This document shows positions 19,254-29,238 of a stretch of 58,690 nt of DNA, in pieces; the stretch's first letter is position 1; each line of letters starts with the position of its first letter. The notes beneath the pieces were generated by a model. That model was not told where the DNA came from, did not search any database, and was given only the letters and a program-made list of their open reading frames with translations. Source of the DNA: Terracidiphilus sp. (GTDB lineage Bacteria > Acidobacteriota > Terriglobia > Terriglobales > Acidobacteriaceae); the NCBI GenBank assembly GCA_035648535.1, contig DASRLI010000199.1, positions 1-58,690 on the forward strand. Reading direction: 5' to 3'. The position numbers were made by a program, and so were the translations under genes.

Positions 19254-19646
19254 TTAGACCAGGAAGGTGCAAAGGAGAGCGTGAACGTGCGAATTCTTCA
19301 ACTTGACTAATCGCGGAGAACCAGGACCTGTAAGGAGAATCGGCGCGGGAAGAACAACAGCTAAATCGCTTATTGCGTTGAGTCCAATTGCTCCGTCAAG
19401 CGAGCTGCCAGGCATCAAAGTTGGCAGGGCAGGTGTGAATTCGATCGGTGCAACTTTGCAGCAAGTGGGGTTTACCGACAGGGTGGAGGCCATGCCGCAC
19501 CGCGCACCAGAAGCCTGCTGGTGTTCTGCGCAGCAAGCGTGGACGTGGGAAGCCTGGGGCTGAGCGCATAGACAGGGCGCGGAACTTGGAACTCCTGCCA
19601 GGATCAGCAGAAGCGAAAGCAGCACGACTTTGGAGAAACGTCCCAT
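19254..19646 (-). CDS. Cys/His-rich exported leader protein (DUF2946-like position)
   Basis: Signal-like N-terminus, CLC, HVHACCAEH, TCCK, Pro-rich C-half ending HVHALLCTFLV; first gene of the metal efflux operon; start uncertain (19646/19670/19703). Confidence 0.65.
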   Translation of the reverse strand: MGRFSKVVLLSLLLILAGVPSSAPCLCAQPQASHVHACCAEHQQASGARCGMASTLSVNPTCCKVAPIEFTPALPTLMPGSSLDGAIGLNAISDLAVVLPAPILLTGPGSPRLVKLKNSHVHALLCTFLV

Positions 19647-19840
19647 CGTCAACCTATTTACCGTATACATCACACTCTCGAACCGTTTAGTGACGTGGAT
19701 CACAGATTACGATCCGCAACTCTACCCCCTAATTGCTACAGCCAAAACACAAGCGGAACGCTGGCATACTCATTTTGCGATAGGAGCTTGTAGAGCAGAA
19801 GGGTACAGATCGAAATGCGCGAACAAATCCATATTCAATC

Positions 19841-22264
19841 ATGCAGCTAGTTGAAACGCTCGATCCCGTATGCGGAATGAAGGTAGATCCGTCGAGAGCG
19901 GCGGCGAAGTTTAACCATCGGGACGTCACTTTCTACTTCTGCAGCCAAGGCTGCGCAACCAAGTTCCGGTCAGCTCCCGAGAATTACACGCAGGCCAAAC
20001 CGGATGCGGTGCCCACGCACTCGCCGGCAAAGACCGAGCCACGCGGGGAATACACCTGCCCCATGCATCCCGAAATCAAGCAGTCGGGCCCGGGCAGTTG
20101 TCCCAAGTGCGGCATGGCGCTTGAACCGGTGACTGCATCCGCGCCGGCTAAACGCAGCGAATATACGTGCCCGATGCACCCGCAGATTGTGCGCGATGCG
20201 CCGGGCTCCTGCCCAATCTGTGGCATGACGCTCGAACTTCGTGAAGCTACCGCCGAAGAAACTAATCCAGAACTGGTAGATATGACCAGGCGCTTTTGGA
20301 TCAGCGTCGTGCTCGCCGTGCCGATGCTGGCTCTGATGGTGTCCGCATTTCTGCCGTCCATGCCGCTGCAGCACCTTCTCTCCGAGAGGACGTGGAATTG
20401 GATCGAATTCGCACTCGCTACACCGGTGGTCCTGTGGTGCGGGTTGCCGTTTCTTGTGAGGGGTTGGCAATCGGTTGTGCATCGCAGTTTGAATATGTTT
20501 ACGCTCATCGCCCTTGGCACGGGCGCGGCCTATCTCTACAGCGTCCTCGCTACAGTCGTTCCCCAGATATTTCCGGATTCGCTTCGCGGAGTTGGCGGAC
20601 AGATCGACGTGTACTTCGAGCCGGCGGCCGTTATCGTTGCGCTGGTTCTCTTAGGGCAGGTGATGGAGTTGCGTGCCCGCAGCCAGACCAGCAGTGCGAT
20701 TCGTGCGTTGCTTGGCCTTGCACCTAGAACCGCGAAGAGGCTCGACGACAAGGGCGGCGAGACTGACGTACCGCTCGATCAGGTACAAGTCGGTGACGGG
20801 CTCCGAGTACGTCCAGGGGAAAAGGTGCCGGTCGATGGGACGGTTCTTGAAGGCCACAGCTCCGTTGATGAATCGATGGTCAGCGGTGAGCCCATACCGG
20901 TCGAGAAAGACACCGGCGCAAAGGTAGTGGCCGGTACGGTAAATGGAACCGGTGGATTTGTCATGCGTGCAGAGCGCGTTGGTGCCGATACGCTTTTGTC
21001 GCAGATTGTAAAGATGGTCAGCGAGGCACAGCGCTCGCGAGCGCCCATTCAGCGGCTCGCTGATCAGGTTTCGTCGTACTTTGTACCAGCAGTCATCGTC
21101 TCTGCCATCGTCACATTTGCTGTGTGGTTCATCGCCGGTCCGCAACCGCGCTTGGCGCATGCCCTCGTGAATGCAGTTGCCGTACTGATCGTTGCTTGTC
21201 CGTGTGCTCTTGGGCTCGCCACTCCGATGGCCATCATGGTAGGCACTGGCCGTGGAGCTCGCGCCGGCATTCTTATCCGCAATGCGGAAGCGCTGGAAAT
21301 ATTCGGCAAGGTCGACATGCTCATCATCGATAAGACGGGGACCCTCACCAAAGGCAAACCGACGCTGAGTTCCGTTGTCCCTCAGCCGGGTTTCGATGAA
21401 TCCGGCCTACTGCAACTTGTCGCCAGTCTTGAGCGCTCCAGTGAGCACCCTTTGGCTGCAGCCATCGTCAAAGGCGCCGAGGCGAAGAAGCTCCCCATGA
21501 TAGAAGTAACTGGCTTCAACTCTGAAACTGGAAAAGGTGTCAAGGGGACCATCTCTGGGAAGCACGTAGCTGTAGGCAATGCCGAACTATTCCTCGACCT
21601 GTCCGTCGATCCTGGCCCGCTGCTCAATCAGGCCGAAGCCCTGCGCAAAGAGGGGCAAACAGTAATGATGATCGCCGTTGATGGCAAGGCTGCAGGAATT
21701 GTCGGCGTCGCCGATCCGATCAAAGAATCCACACCCGATGCAATCCGCGAACTTCAGGCGGCAGGGTTGAAAGTCATCATGGTTACCGGAGACAACGCAA
21801 CGACCGCGAAAGCAGTCGCCGATAAGCTCGACATCAAGTTCGAAGCCGACGTGCTGCCTCAAAAAAAGGCTGAGGTTGTCAAAGAGTACCAGCGAAGAGG
21901 CTCTGTGGTCGCGATGGCTGGAGACGGGGTAAACGACGCCCCTGCACTAGCGCAGGCCGACATCGGAATCGCCATGGGCACTGGCACTGATGTGGCCATG
22001 GAAGCTGGCGGTATCACGCTATTGAAAGGCGATCTACGCGGCATTCTCCGTGCCCGGCATCTCAGCAAATCAACCATGCGTAATATTCGCGAGAACCTGT
22101 TCTTCGCATTCGTCTACAACGCCGTTGGGGTACCGATTGCCGCGGGTGTCCTGTTCCCGGCCTTTGGACTGCTGTTGAATCCGATGATTGCCGCTGCGGC
22201 CATGAGCTTCAGCTCAGTCTCAGTGATTGCCAATGCGCTAAGGCTGCGCACAATCAAACTTTGA
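19841..22264 (+). CDS. copA: Copper-translocating P1B-type ATPase with YHS and two heavy-metal-binding domains
   Basis: DPVCGM..FCSQGC (YHS), 2x YTCPMHP...[38 protein letters not shown]...MSFSS. Confidence 0.95.
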   Translation: MQLVETLDPVCGMKVDPSRAAAKFNHRDVTFYFCSQGCATKFRSAPENYTQAKPDAVPTHSPAKTEPRGEYTCPMHPEIKQSGPGSCPKCGMALEPVTASAPAKRSEYTCPMHPQIVRDAPGSCPICGMTLELREATAEETNPELVDMTRRFWISVVLAVPMLALMVSAFLPSMPLQHLLSERTWNWIEFALATPVVLWCGLPFLVRGWQSVVHRSLNMFTLIALGTGAAYLYSVLATVVPQIFPDSLRGVGGQIDVYFEPAAVIVALVLLGQVMELRARSQTSSAIRALLGLAPRTAKRLDDKGGETDVPLDQVQVGDGLRVRPGEKVPVDGTVLEGHSSVDESMVSGEPIPVEKDTGAKVVAGTVNGTGGFVMRAERVGADTLLSQIVKMVSEAQRSRAPIQRLADQVSSYFVPAVIVSAIVTFAVWFIAGPQPRLAHALVNAVAVLIVACPCALGLATPMAIMVGTGRGARAGILIRNAEALEIFGKVDMLIIDKTGTLTKGKPTLSSVVPQPGFDESGLLQLVASLERSSEHPLAAAIVKGAEAKKLPMIEVTGFNSETGKGVKGTISGKHVAVGNAELFLDLSVDPGPLLNQAEALRKEGQTVMMIAVDGKAAGIVGVADPIKESTPDAIRELQAAGLKVIMVTGDNATTAKAVADKLDIKFEADVLPQKKAEVVKEYQRRGSVVAMAGDGVNDAPALAQADIGIAMGTGTDVAMEAGGITLLKGDLRGILRARHLSKSTMRNIRENLFFAFVYNAVGVPIAAGVLFPAFGLLLNPMIAAAAMSFSSVSVIANALRLRTIKL

Positions 22265-22343
22265 CTCGATCTTCCCGAAGATCTGGAAGCATTTAATACT
22301 TGAATCATAGGGAGAATTGAATCTTTCAAGGATCCGCGACATG

Positions 22344-22377
22344 TGTGGGCTCGCTGAACCCCCGGCTCAGCGCCCAC
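22344..22377 (+). terminator. GC-rich hairpin downstream of copA
   Basis: gtgggc-tc-gctga ... tcagc-gcccac stem; no clear U-tract. Confidence 0.3.
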
Positions 22378-22848
22378 GTCCGATCCAAATACTGCATCAA
22401 CCAGCTCGATGGGCAGATATATCAGGGTTTCTGCCAAATCCTCTTACCATGAACGAAGCTAGCACGAAATGGCAGACGCATGAATCGGTGATTCGGTTGC
22501 ACTATGGTTTAGTGCGCTTGGGTGACAAACCGTGAATAGCGTAAGCGCCGTCCCACACGGTTGTGCTGGAACCTACCTTTTCACACGGCCTGATCGTTTG
22601 CTCCGGCTGTTGATTTGATTGATTCTATGGGGCGGGTTTTAGAACCCCTTTTCACAGGGCGATACCAGGTCCGGTCAGGCTATTCTGTCTTCCCACAGCC
22701 CCTGGAACTCGCTACGGCGATTGCCACATTTCCACCGCCGCAACGACCACGGGGACGAATGAATATCCCCCAAAAAGGCCCGTTAAGGGGTACGCATTCT
22801 GAGGGCAAGGTCACTACCACCGCAGAGACTCTTCCGCCTCTTGACGAA

Positions 22849-23700
22849 TCAGTGAATATTTCGGTGAATCGCTCCTGCGTCAACAGTGTCGCCGGTCCGC
22901 GAGATCGTCTGAAAATACATGTCATCGCCTGCAATTTCGATCAGCATGAATGTGCGGTCTGTATCGAATCCCTTGTCTGTGATCGCGGAAGGTGTGAGGT
23001 TGCCGGGACGCAACGATCCTGAGGCTCCTTCAGTGAAATAGTAGACTCCATGCTGGGGATGGACCCGCTCGTACACGTGCTCGTGTCCTGAGAACACGAC
23101 GTCCACGCCGTACTTGATGAACAGCGGCTCCAGCGATTGCCGCAAGTCGAGGGACGGACCATGAAATTTCGCCGAAGTATAGAGAGGATGATGGAAGTAG
23201 CATACCTTCCAGTCGGTTTTGCCGGCACTCTGTAACTGCGTCTCCAGCCACGCCAACTGCTTCTGGTCCATGTAATTGCTGTTCAAGACAAAGAAGTGTA
23301 CATTGCCCTTCTTGTATGTGTAATAGCTCTCCCCGTTCATGTTGAAAGATTTGTAGAAGATTTCATTGGTATTGTCGTGGTTCCCAAGCGACGCGTAAAA
23401 CTTCACGCCGGCGTCGATGAGCGGCTTATAGGGCACCGCGAACTTGTGGTCAAAATCGACCGGTTTGCTGCTGCCGTAGATATTGTCCCCCAGCATGATC
23501 GCAAAATCGAAAGGGTAGGCCTGCCGCGCCTTGAGCATTTGTTGAGCTGTCTCGTACTGGGGCTGATCGCCAGTACCCATGTCTCCAATCACGGCGAACC
23601 GGACCGAATTGGGCTTGAGAGGAAACTTGAACTCGTCCGCTCGCAGGCCAGCCGCGAGAACGGTGAAGATACCGAGCCAGAGAAAGATACGACGTTGCAT
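22849..23700 (-). CDS. Exported metallophosphoesterase (calcineurin-like / purple acid phosphatase type)
   Basis: Signal peptide; IGDMG, LGDNIY, LGNHD, FHHP, GHEHVY. Confidence 0.92.
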   Translation of the reverse strand: MQRRIFLWLGIFTVLAAGLRADEFKFPLKPNSVRFAVIGDMGTGDQPQYETAQQMLKARQAYPFDFAIMLGDNIYGSSKPVDFDHKFAVPYKPLIDAGVKFYASLGNHDNTNEIFYKSFNMNGESYYTYKKGNVHFFVLNSNYMDQKQLAWLETQLQSAGKTDWKVCYFHHPLYTSAKFHGPSLDLRQSLEPLFIKYGVDVVFSGHEHVYERVHPQHGVYYFTEGASGSLRPGNLTPSAITDKGFDTDRTFMLIEIAGDDMYFQTISRTGDTVDAGAIHRNIH

Positions 23701-23724
23701 GATTCAATCCAATCTTTTGAGAAT

Positions 23725-24324
23725 TTACGGTAGTGCTTCGTGAAACAGATCGACGACCAGGTTCGCTTTGCTGTCGACCAGGACCAAATCGCGCCCGATG
23801 ATACGGTATGCCAGTTCGTCAGGAAGTGTGGGCAACTTCTGCAATAGAGTGGACGGGAAGGTCGTTTCGGCGACAGCATCCGGGTAAATCCCGTTCACTT
23901 GCAGGGAAACTGCCTTAACTGTTTTTTGTTGTTGGAGCGTGGAGCGCGTAGCGGCGCTTTGCCGATCCTTAAATACGCTTTGGATCAAATGTCGAAATGC
24001 TTCGCGGACTTCGCGCGTGAAGATATCTCCAGTTTTTGCGTTTGGCCGCCCCTCACGGATCTTTCTTGCCAGCGCCTGTTGGTGTGCGGCGATTATCTCC
24101 GGCAGTTCCTCTTTGTTCTTCAAGGCCGGAAGCTGCTTTTCGATAGAATTGCGCAATTTCAAGTATTCATCCACGCTCACCGTGAACTTCTTCAATGCCG
24201 CCGCGTCGTCTGCCTGCTCCTTGTTTGGAGCAGCGCCCTGTCCCGCGAGAGCACCGGCGGCGGCGAGAGAGAGCGCTACCAGCAGGGCAATCCCTCGATA
24301 TGGAACCCGTCTCATTGTTCGCAT
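23725..24324 (-). CDS. Exported hypothetical protein
   Basis: GAGGAG RBS, signal peptide, helical N-half, C-terminal LPTLPDELAYRIIGRDLVLVD..ANLVVD. Confidence 0.75.
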   Translation of the reverse strand: MRTMRRVPYRGIALLVALSLAAAGALAGQGAAPNKEQADDAAALKKFTVSVDEYLKLRNSIEKQLPALKNKEELPEIIAAHQQALARKIREGRPNAKTGDIFTREVREAFRHLIQSVFKDRQSAATRSTLQQQKTVKAVSLQVNGIYPDAVAETTFPSTLLQKLPTLPDELAYRIIGRDLVLVDSKANLVVDLFHEALP

Positions 24325-24360
24325 TCAATTCTCCTCTGCGGTGGGTTCACCGCTCGTGAA

Positions 24361-25518
24361 CTAGGTTTCGCTCTTCTCTTCCTTCGCTTCTTTGGCTTCC
24401 TTGACGTCCTGGGCTTCCTGCGCGTCCCGGACCGCTTCCTTGACGGCTTCCTTCACCGCCTGCTTGACCACCCTCTTCATTGTGTCCTTTACTCCGTTGT
24501 CGTGGAGCATGTCGTCGCCGGCCTTGGCCACTGCAATTCTCACCGCCTTCTTCACCGTTGCTGCGAGTGGATCCATTTCTTTGGCGAGGGCTTGTTGCGT
24601 CTTCTCTTCTTCTCTTGCTGAGACTGTGACTGAATGTTCTTTGCGAGTCTCGGGATCTTTCGGTGCGGCTAGTGCGTTCTTTTCGCATGCTGAGGCCCAA
24701 TCGGTTTCAAAGATATCGACCAGCTTTGCCACCGACTTTGCATCGTCAATAATGAGGCCGACTTCGCGGCGCGCATCCAGTTCCGCCGTGCGAAGGCTCT
24801 GGCTGCCCACGAAGGCCTGGTGCCGGTCGCGGATGATAGTGCGCGTGTGCAACCGCGTGCCGTTCATCTTTTGCACGTTGAAGGGGGCGTGTCCATCAAC
24901 CGAGCCGATGACTTTGATCTCGACGCCTGCCTTCGCCTGCTCCTGCAGAATACCGAGCATCTCCTTGTCCGATATCTTGGGGTCGTAGATCAGCAACTCC
25001 TTCTTCGATCGTTTCAGGAACGTCCCCAGCACATTCCTGGAATTTGCCGGACTAACGACAAATGTATCTGTTGTCGTCGCGTACTCGGTCCGGGTGCAGT
25101 CGGCTCGAAACAGTTTTTCCGCTTCACTTACCCAATCGGCGTGGGTGGTTTCGATGCCGAATGCGCGGCTGTGGTCGATATCCAGATGCGTGAAATTGAA
25201 GGAAAGCATGCACAGGACTCGGCGATCGATCAGGACGTACTTGGCGTGATAACGGATGAGGTCATCGGCCGTGCGAGCAACAATGATTCCTGCAGTCAGG
25301 CAGCGCAGTTCCAGTTTGCGCAGGCCTTCTTCTCCGCCGCGATTTGAATAAGCGATCAGGACATTTACCTTGACGCCCCTGTCCGCGGCTGCTTTGAGCG
25401 CCAACTCCACGTCTTTGCGATCGAATCGAAAGATGGCAATCTCTATGCTCTTCTTCGCACTCTTGATGGCGGATAGCAGTGGTGCAACGCCGTCGGTTGG
25501 TTCAATGATCAGTTTCAC
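24361..25518 (-). CDS. Phospholipase D-superfamily protein (one canonical, one degenerate HKD)
   Basis: AKKSIEIAIF, RGVKVNV, YHAKYVLID, LHTRTIIRD..AFVGSQS..RREVG; charged repetitive C-tail. Confidence 0.87.
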   Translation of the reverse strand: MKLIIEPTDGVAPLLSAIKSAKKSIEIAIFRFDRKDVELALKAAADRGVKVNVLIAYSNRGGEEGLRKLELRCLTAGIIVARTADDLIRYHAKYVLIDRRVLCMLSFNFTHLDIDHSRAFGIETTHADWVSEAEKLFRADCTRTEYATTTDTFVVSPANSRNVLGTFLKRSKKELLIYDPKISDKEMLGILQEQAKAGVEIKVIGSVDGHAPFNVQKMNGTRLHTRTIIRDRHQAFVGSQSLRTAELDARREVGLIIDDAKSVAKLVDIFETDWASACEKNALAAPKDPETRKEHSVTVSAREEEKTQQALAKEMDPLAATVKKAVRIAVAKAGDDMLHDNGVKDTMKRVVKQAVKEAVKEAVRDAQEAQDVKEAKEAKEEKSET

Positions 25519-25624
25519 GATTCGGCCTCTCCGGCTCTTGCCTTGTCTGGAACTTCACGGTCTGGGTTCGCATTTTTCCGCTCTGAAAAAGGAGCGTCCC
25601 AAGCTGTATTTCTCCCGCGAACGA

Positions 25625-26638
25625 TCACAGGGCGTTCAGCTCTGCGATCCTCTTTCGCACCGTCTGCGTGTAGATCGTGATTTCAGCGGGTGTATATCCC
25701 GCAGCGCGGAAGCAGTCGCTGATTTGTTCCTCAGAAAGTTGAGAAAGCCGCTGCCCCAGCCATTTTGCATCTTCCCGCGGAATATGTTTGGTGATCTTCT
25801 CCATTCGAGTTCGCGCCCTGTAGTTAGGTACGTTAACTACCGAGAGAAAGAAAGGCCGGCTGTGCATGACGAAATCAACGAATTCGTGATCAGATCTATT
25901 GATAAATTTCGAGCGCGCATAATCTTTCGGTGAGCCCTTGGAGCGCATGAGGGAATTACCCGTATTTCCAAAACTGGCGCCCAGGTCGTTGACTACATAT
26001 CTGTGTTCATCGCCAATCTCGTAGATTGAGTTGTTGACTGATTTCAAATCCCAGTTATTAATCAGCGACATCATTACGCGCAAGCCGTTGAATTCCCGCT
26101 TGCCCTGAGATCGATTGGCGAACCAGCTCCAGGTGCTAAGATTCTTGATCTCCTTGATCTTGCGTTCCAGACGCGCTTTGTGGACGGTGCCGTCCGCGGA
26201 GACAAACTTGCCGCCACGGTGCAACTTCGGCATGTTCGTCACTTTGAATTCCGGCAGGTAATAATCTTCATCGACGTAATAGCCGGCGGCCCATAGCAGG
26301 CGTGTCGCAGCGGTTTCCGACTGGGGTTCTTGGCCAAGTTTTACCTTCCAATGGACGCCCTGATCGTCTGTGATTTCGAACTTTGGACTCGTTCCTTCGG
26401 CATCTTCCTTGAGGAAGGTGAATTTGCCATTGGCATCGGGCGCATGGGCTCTCCCTCCCGCGCCGTAGAGAAGATTCAAGGAAGAGAGATCGCCTGCATC
26501 CTGCCAGACGGTCTCCGACAGGTTGGCGGTATCTTCCTGATGCTTGCTTTTATCTTTTTTCTGTGCTCCTAACGGCGCAGAGAGAATCAAGAGCGCTAGC
26601 AACACGCTGAAATATTGACTTACTTTTGTTCGTGACAT
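25625..26638 (-). CDS. Signal-peptide-bearing atypical (HipA/PI3-4K-like) kinase-fold protein
   Basis: GAGGAG RBS; signal peptide; GTSPKF, WKVKLGQE...E, NNWDLKSVNN, VNDLGASFG. Confidence 0.6.
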   Translation of the reverse strand: MSRTKVSQYFSVLLALLILSAPLGAQKKDKSKHQEDTANLSETVWQDAGDLSSLNLLYGAGGRAHAPDANGKFTFLKEDAEGTSPKFEITDDQGVHWKVKLGQEPQSETAATRLLWAAGYYVDEDYYLPEFKVTNMPKLHRGGKFVSADGTVHKARLERKIKEIKNLSTWSWFANRSQGKREFNGLRVMMSLINNWDLKSVNNSIYEIGDEHRYVVNDLGASFGNTGNSLMRSKGSPKDYARSKFINRSDHEFVDFVMHSRPFFLSVVNVPNYRARTRMEKITKHIPREDAKWLGQRLSQLSEEQISDCFRAAGYTPAEITIYTQTVRKRIAELNAL

Positions 26639-28481
26639 TGTCTTTCTCCTCTACCTCGTCCGAAAGCAACTGTTGACTACCTACCAGTTGAGCAACTTCG
26701 GGAGTCTGAATTCTGTGCAATTCTGCATACACGCCGTTACTCGCCAATAGAGACTCATGAGTCCCTTGTTCGACCAATTCGGAATCTTTGAGCACAAAGA
26801 TCACGTCCGCGTTGCGGATGGTGGAGAGGTGATGCGCGATGACGACAGACGTTCTACCCTTCATCAACTTGTCCAGGGCTTCAATGACGGATTGTTCTGA
26901 GGCGGCATCCAGGCCCACGGTCGGCTCGTCAAGAATCAGGAACGGAGTATCTCGGATGACCGCTCGGGCAATGGCAATTCGCTGACGCTGACCCCCAGAG
27001 AGCGTGACGCCTCGCTCACCGACCAGGGTGTCGTAGCCCTCGGGCATTTCCTCGATGAATTGCTGCGCATTGGCAAGTTCGGCAGCGCGCCTGATTTCCC
27101 TGGCTGAGGCGCCGGGCTTCCCATAGGCAATGTTTTCCCAAATAGTGGCGCGGAAGAGAAGCGTGTCCTGCAGGACGAAACTGATCTGATCGCGAAGCGA
27201 CTTTAACCGATAGCGACGAATGTCCGTGCCATCAATTTCAATATGGCCGGAAACGGGGTCGTAGAAGCGCGGGATCAAGCTGACGAGGGTGGTCTTCCCG
27301 GTACCCGAGGGACCCACAAACGCCGCGACCTGCCCGGCTTCGATTTTGAAGCCGATGTCTTTGAGTATCTGCTTCTCCTTATCGTTTCCATAGTTGAAGC
27401 AGACTTGAGCGAATTCGATTTCGCCTTTAAACTTGGGGGCCGTGCGTGCAAGCGGCTCGTCACGAACGCGGCTCTCAATCTCCAGGACTTCCTGAATGCG
27501 CTCGTAACCGACCATCGCCTTCGAGATGGTGTCGGTCATTTTTGAGAGATCACGCATCGGCTTGTACATCTTCCCCAGATACATCAGGAATACAATCAGC
27601 GTGCCGATGGTGAGTTGTTCGGACAGGGCAAGGCGCGCCCCGTACCACAGGACCAGACAGGTCCCGATTGCCACGATGACCTCCACGACCGGGGCGAGCT
27701 TGGCCTTGACACTTCGGGCCTGGAGGCCTGCTTCGACGTTCTCCAGGCTTTCAGTTTCGAATCGTTTCTGTTCATAATCTTCCCGGGCAAATGCCTTGAC
27801 CACGCGTATGGAGGTCAATACTTCCTCTACCAGCGAGAGCAGTTCGCTTTCCTTTTTTCGAACCGCACGCGAGGCCTTCTTGATGTTCAGCGTGTAGTAA
27901 TAGACAACCAGAAAGAGCACCGGCAAGACAGATAGGGCGATGAGCGTAAAGCGCCAGTTGAGATAAAACATGACCCCAATCATGCCGACCAGCGTCATCA
28001 CGCTGACCAGAATGCCGAGAAGGGCCGAGGTAATGAAGTCCTGGACGCCTCCGATGTCACTGGTAACCCGTGTGATCAGATCGCCGGTTCGCGACTCGTC
28101 GTGCTCCGCCAGTGACAGACGGTGAATGTGGTGGTACAGGGTTTTGCGCAGGTCGTGCCCCACCCATTGACTGACGCTCGTTGTTAGATATTTTTCGAAG
28201 TACGAGCTTACGGCGCCAACAATCGCAATGAGCGCGACGGCAGCTACGGCAAAGTTCAGAACTGCATAGTGGTTTTGGCCGAAGAGCCCAGTGATAACTT
28301 CGTTCAGCCGCCCTGGAACTTTGTTCGACGACTGTATGTTGTCAACAACGATCTTGAGTGGCCACGGCTCGAGAATATCCGTGAGAGCCTCGCCCAGTAC
28401 CGCCACCAGCGCAAGGGTCAGCGCCTTCCAATGAGGACGAAGTGGATCGATGATCCTGAGTTTTCGCGAGGCCCTGGACAC
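26550..28481 (-). CDS. ABC exporter, fused permease/ATPase (MsbA-like)
   Basis: TM domain plus GPSGTGKT, LSGGQRQR, LILDEPT, IAHHLST; GTG start at 28481; C-tail overlaps the next gene by 89 nt. Confidence 0.92.
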   Translation of the reverse strand: MSRASRKLRIIDPLRPHWKALTLALVAVLGEALTDILEPWPLKIVVDNIQSSNKVPGRLNEVITGLFGQNHYAVLNFAVAAVALIAIVGAVSSYFEKYLTTSVSQWVGHDLRKTLYHHIHRLSLAEHDESRTGDLITRVTSDIGGVQDFITSALLGILVSVMTLVGMIGVMFYLNWRFTLIALSVLPVLFLVVYYYTLNIKKASRAVRKKESELLSLVEEVLTSIRVVKAFAREDYEQKRFETESLENVEAGLQARSVKAKLAPVVEVIVAIGTCLVLWYGARLALSEQLTIGTLIVFLMYLGKMYKPMRDLSKMTDTISKAMVGYERIQEVLEIESRVRDEPLARTAPKFKGEIEFAQVCFNYGNDKEKQILKDIGFKIEAGQVAAFVGPSGTGKTTLVSLIPRFYDPVSGHIEIDGTDIRRYRLKSLRDQISFVLQDTLLFRATIWENIAYGKPGASAREIRRAAELANAQQFIEEMPEGYDTLVGERGVTLSGGQRQRIAIARAVIRDTPFLILDEPTVGLDAASEQSVIEALDKLMKGRTSVVIAHHLSTIRNADVIFVLKDSELVEQGTHESLLASNGVYAELHRIQTPEVAQLVGSQQLLSDEVEEKDNVTNKSKSIFQRVASALDSLCAVRSTEKR

Positions 28482-29084
28482 CGTATTGCAGCCTTTCTTA
28501 GTGTCCGACGAAACAGACGCATATAAGCGACAGGGCACTATCGAGCAATAGCAGCGGAGCTGGCTCAGGAACAGGAGCACTCACAGGATGGACGATTTGA
28601 CCGGAGTAATCGAGTCCGCGTGAGGAGCCCAAGGGCTGGCCAAACTGAAACTCGATTGACCCAAATGCGCCGCGCTGTCTGTGCTTGCAAGCTCGATCGT
28701 GAAGATAGGGTCCGAACGCATCAAAACTGTCGACGCCAACCAATTGCCAATGCGAAACTTGCCTGTTGGTCAGCCGCCTGTGAGCATCTTCTTTCCATCT
28801 CCTCCTATGCTTAATGAGGATTTCCGTCCCGGGCTCTCGAGTGATGACACTTATCCCAGGAACATCAAGTCGAAAGTCCCAGCCGATCTAGGGTAATAGA
28901 ATCTCGGGGCCTGCTCTGTCCTAAATTGCTCACTTCGGTCTTCCTGGCCGCTTTGATCGCCGTACGTCGGCGCAGATTCTTTGACCCGATGCTTGATCAG
29001 TCAGCTCTTTTCCTGGATGACGCGGTCCGCAGAACCAAACTCCCAGGTATTGCACACTTTGCTCTGGAATTACTTCAAAGTTGA

Positions 29085-29211
29085 GCACCGAACTTGATGT
29101 GGACAGGATACCGTCGTTCACACCTAAGACCCTTGCGCGCAGCCAGCTAAATCGCTCATTGTGATGCGGCTCCTTCTTTCCGAAGTGCGTTTCCGGACCT
29201 CGTGGATTCAT
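29085..29211 (-). pseudogene. VIT1/CCC1 family transporter N-terminal remnant
   Basis: E.H...R.SWLRARVLGVNDGILSTSS matches the VIT family N-terminal motif, then the sequence diverges with no TM continuation. Confidence 0.6.
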
Positions 29212-29238
29212 AAGAATTCGTCAACGGCCTGCGAAAAC

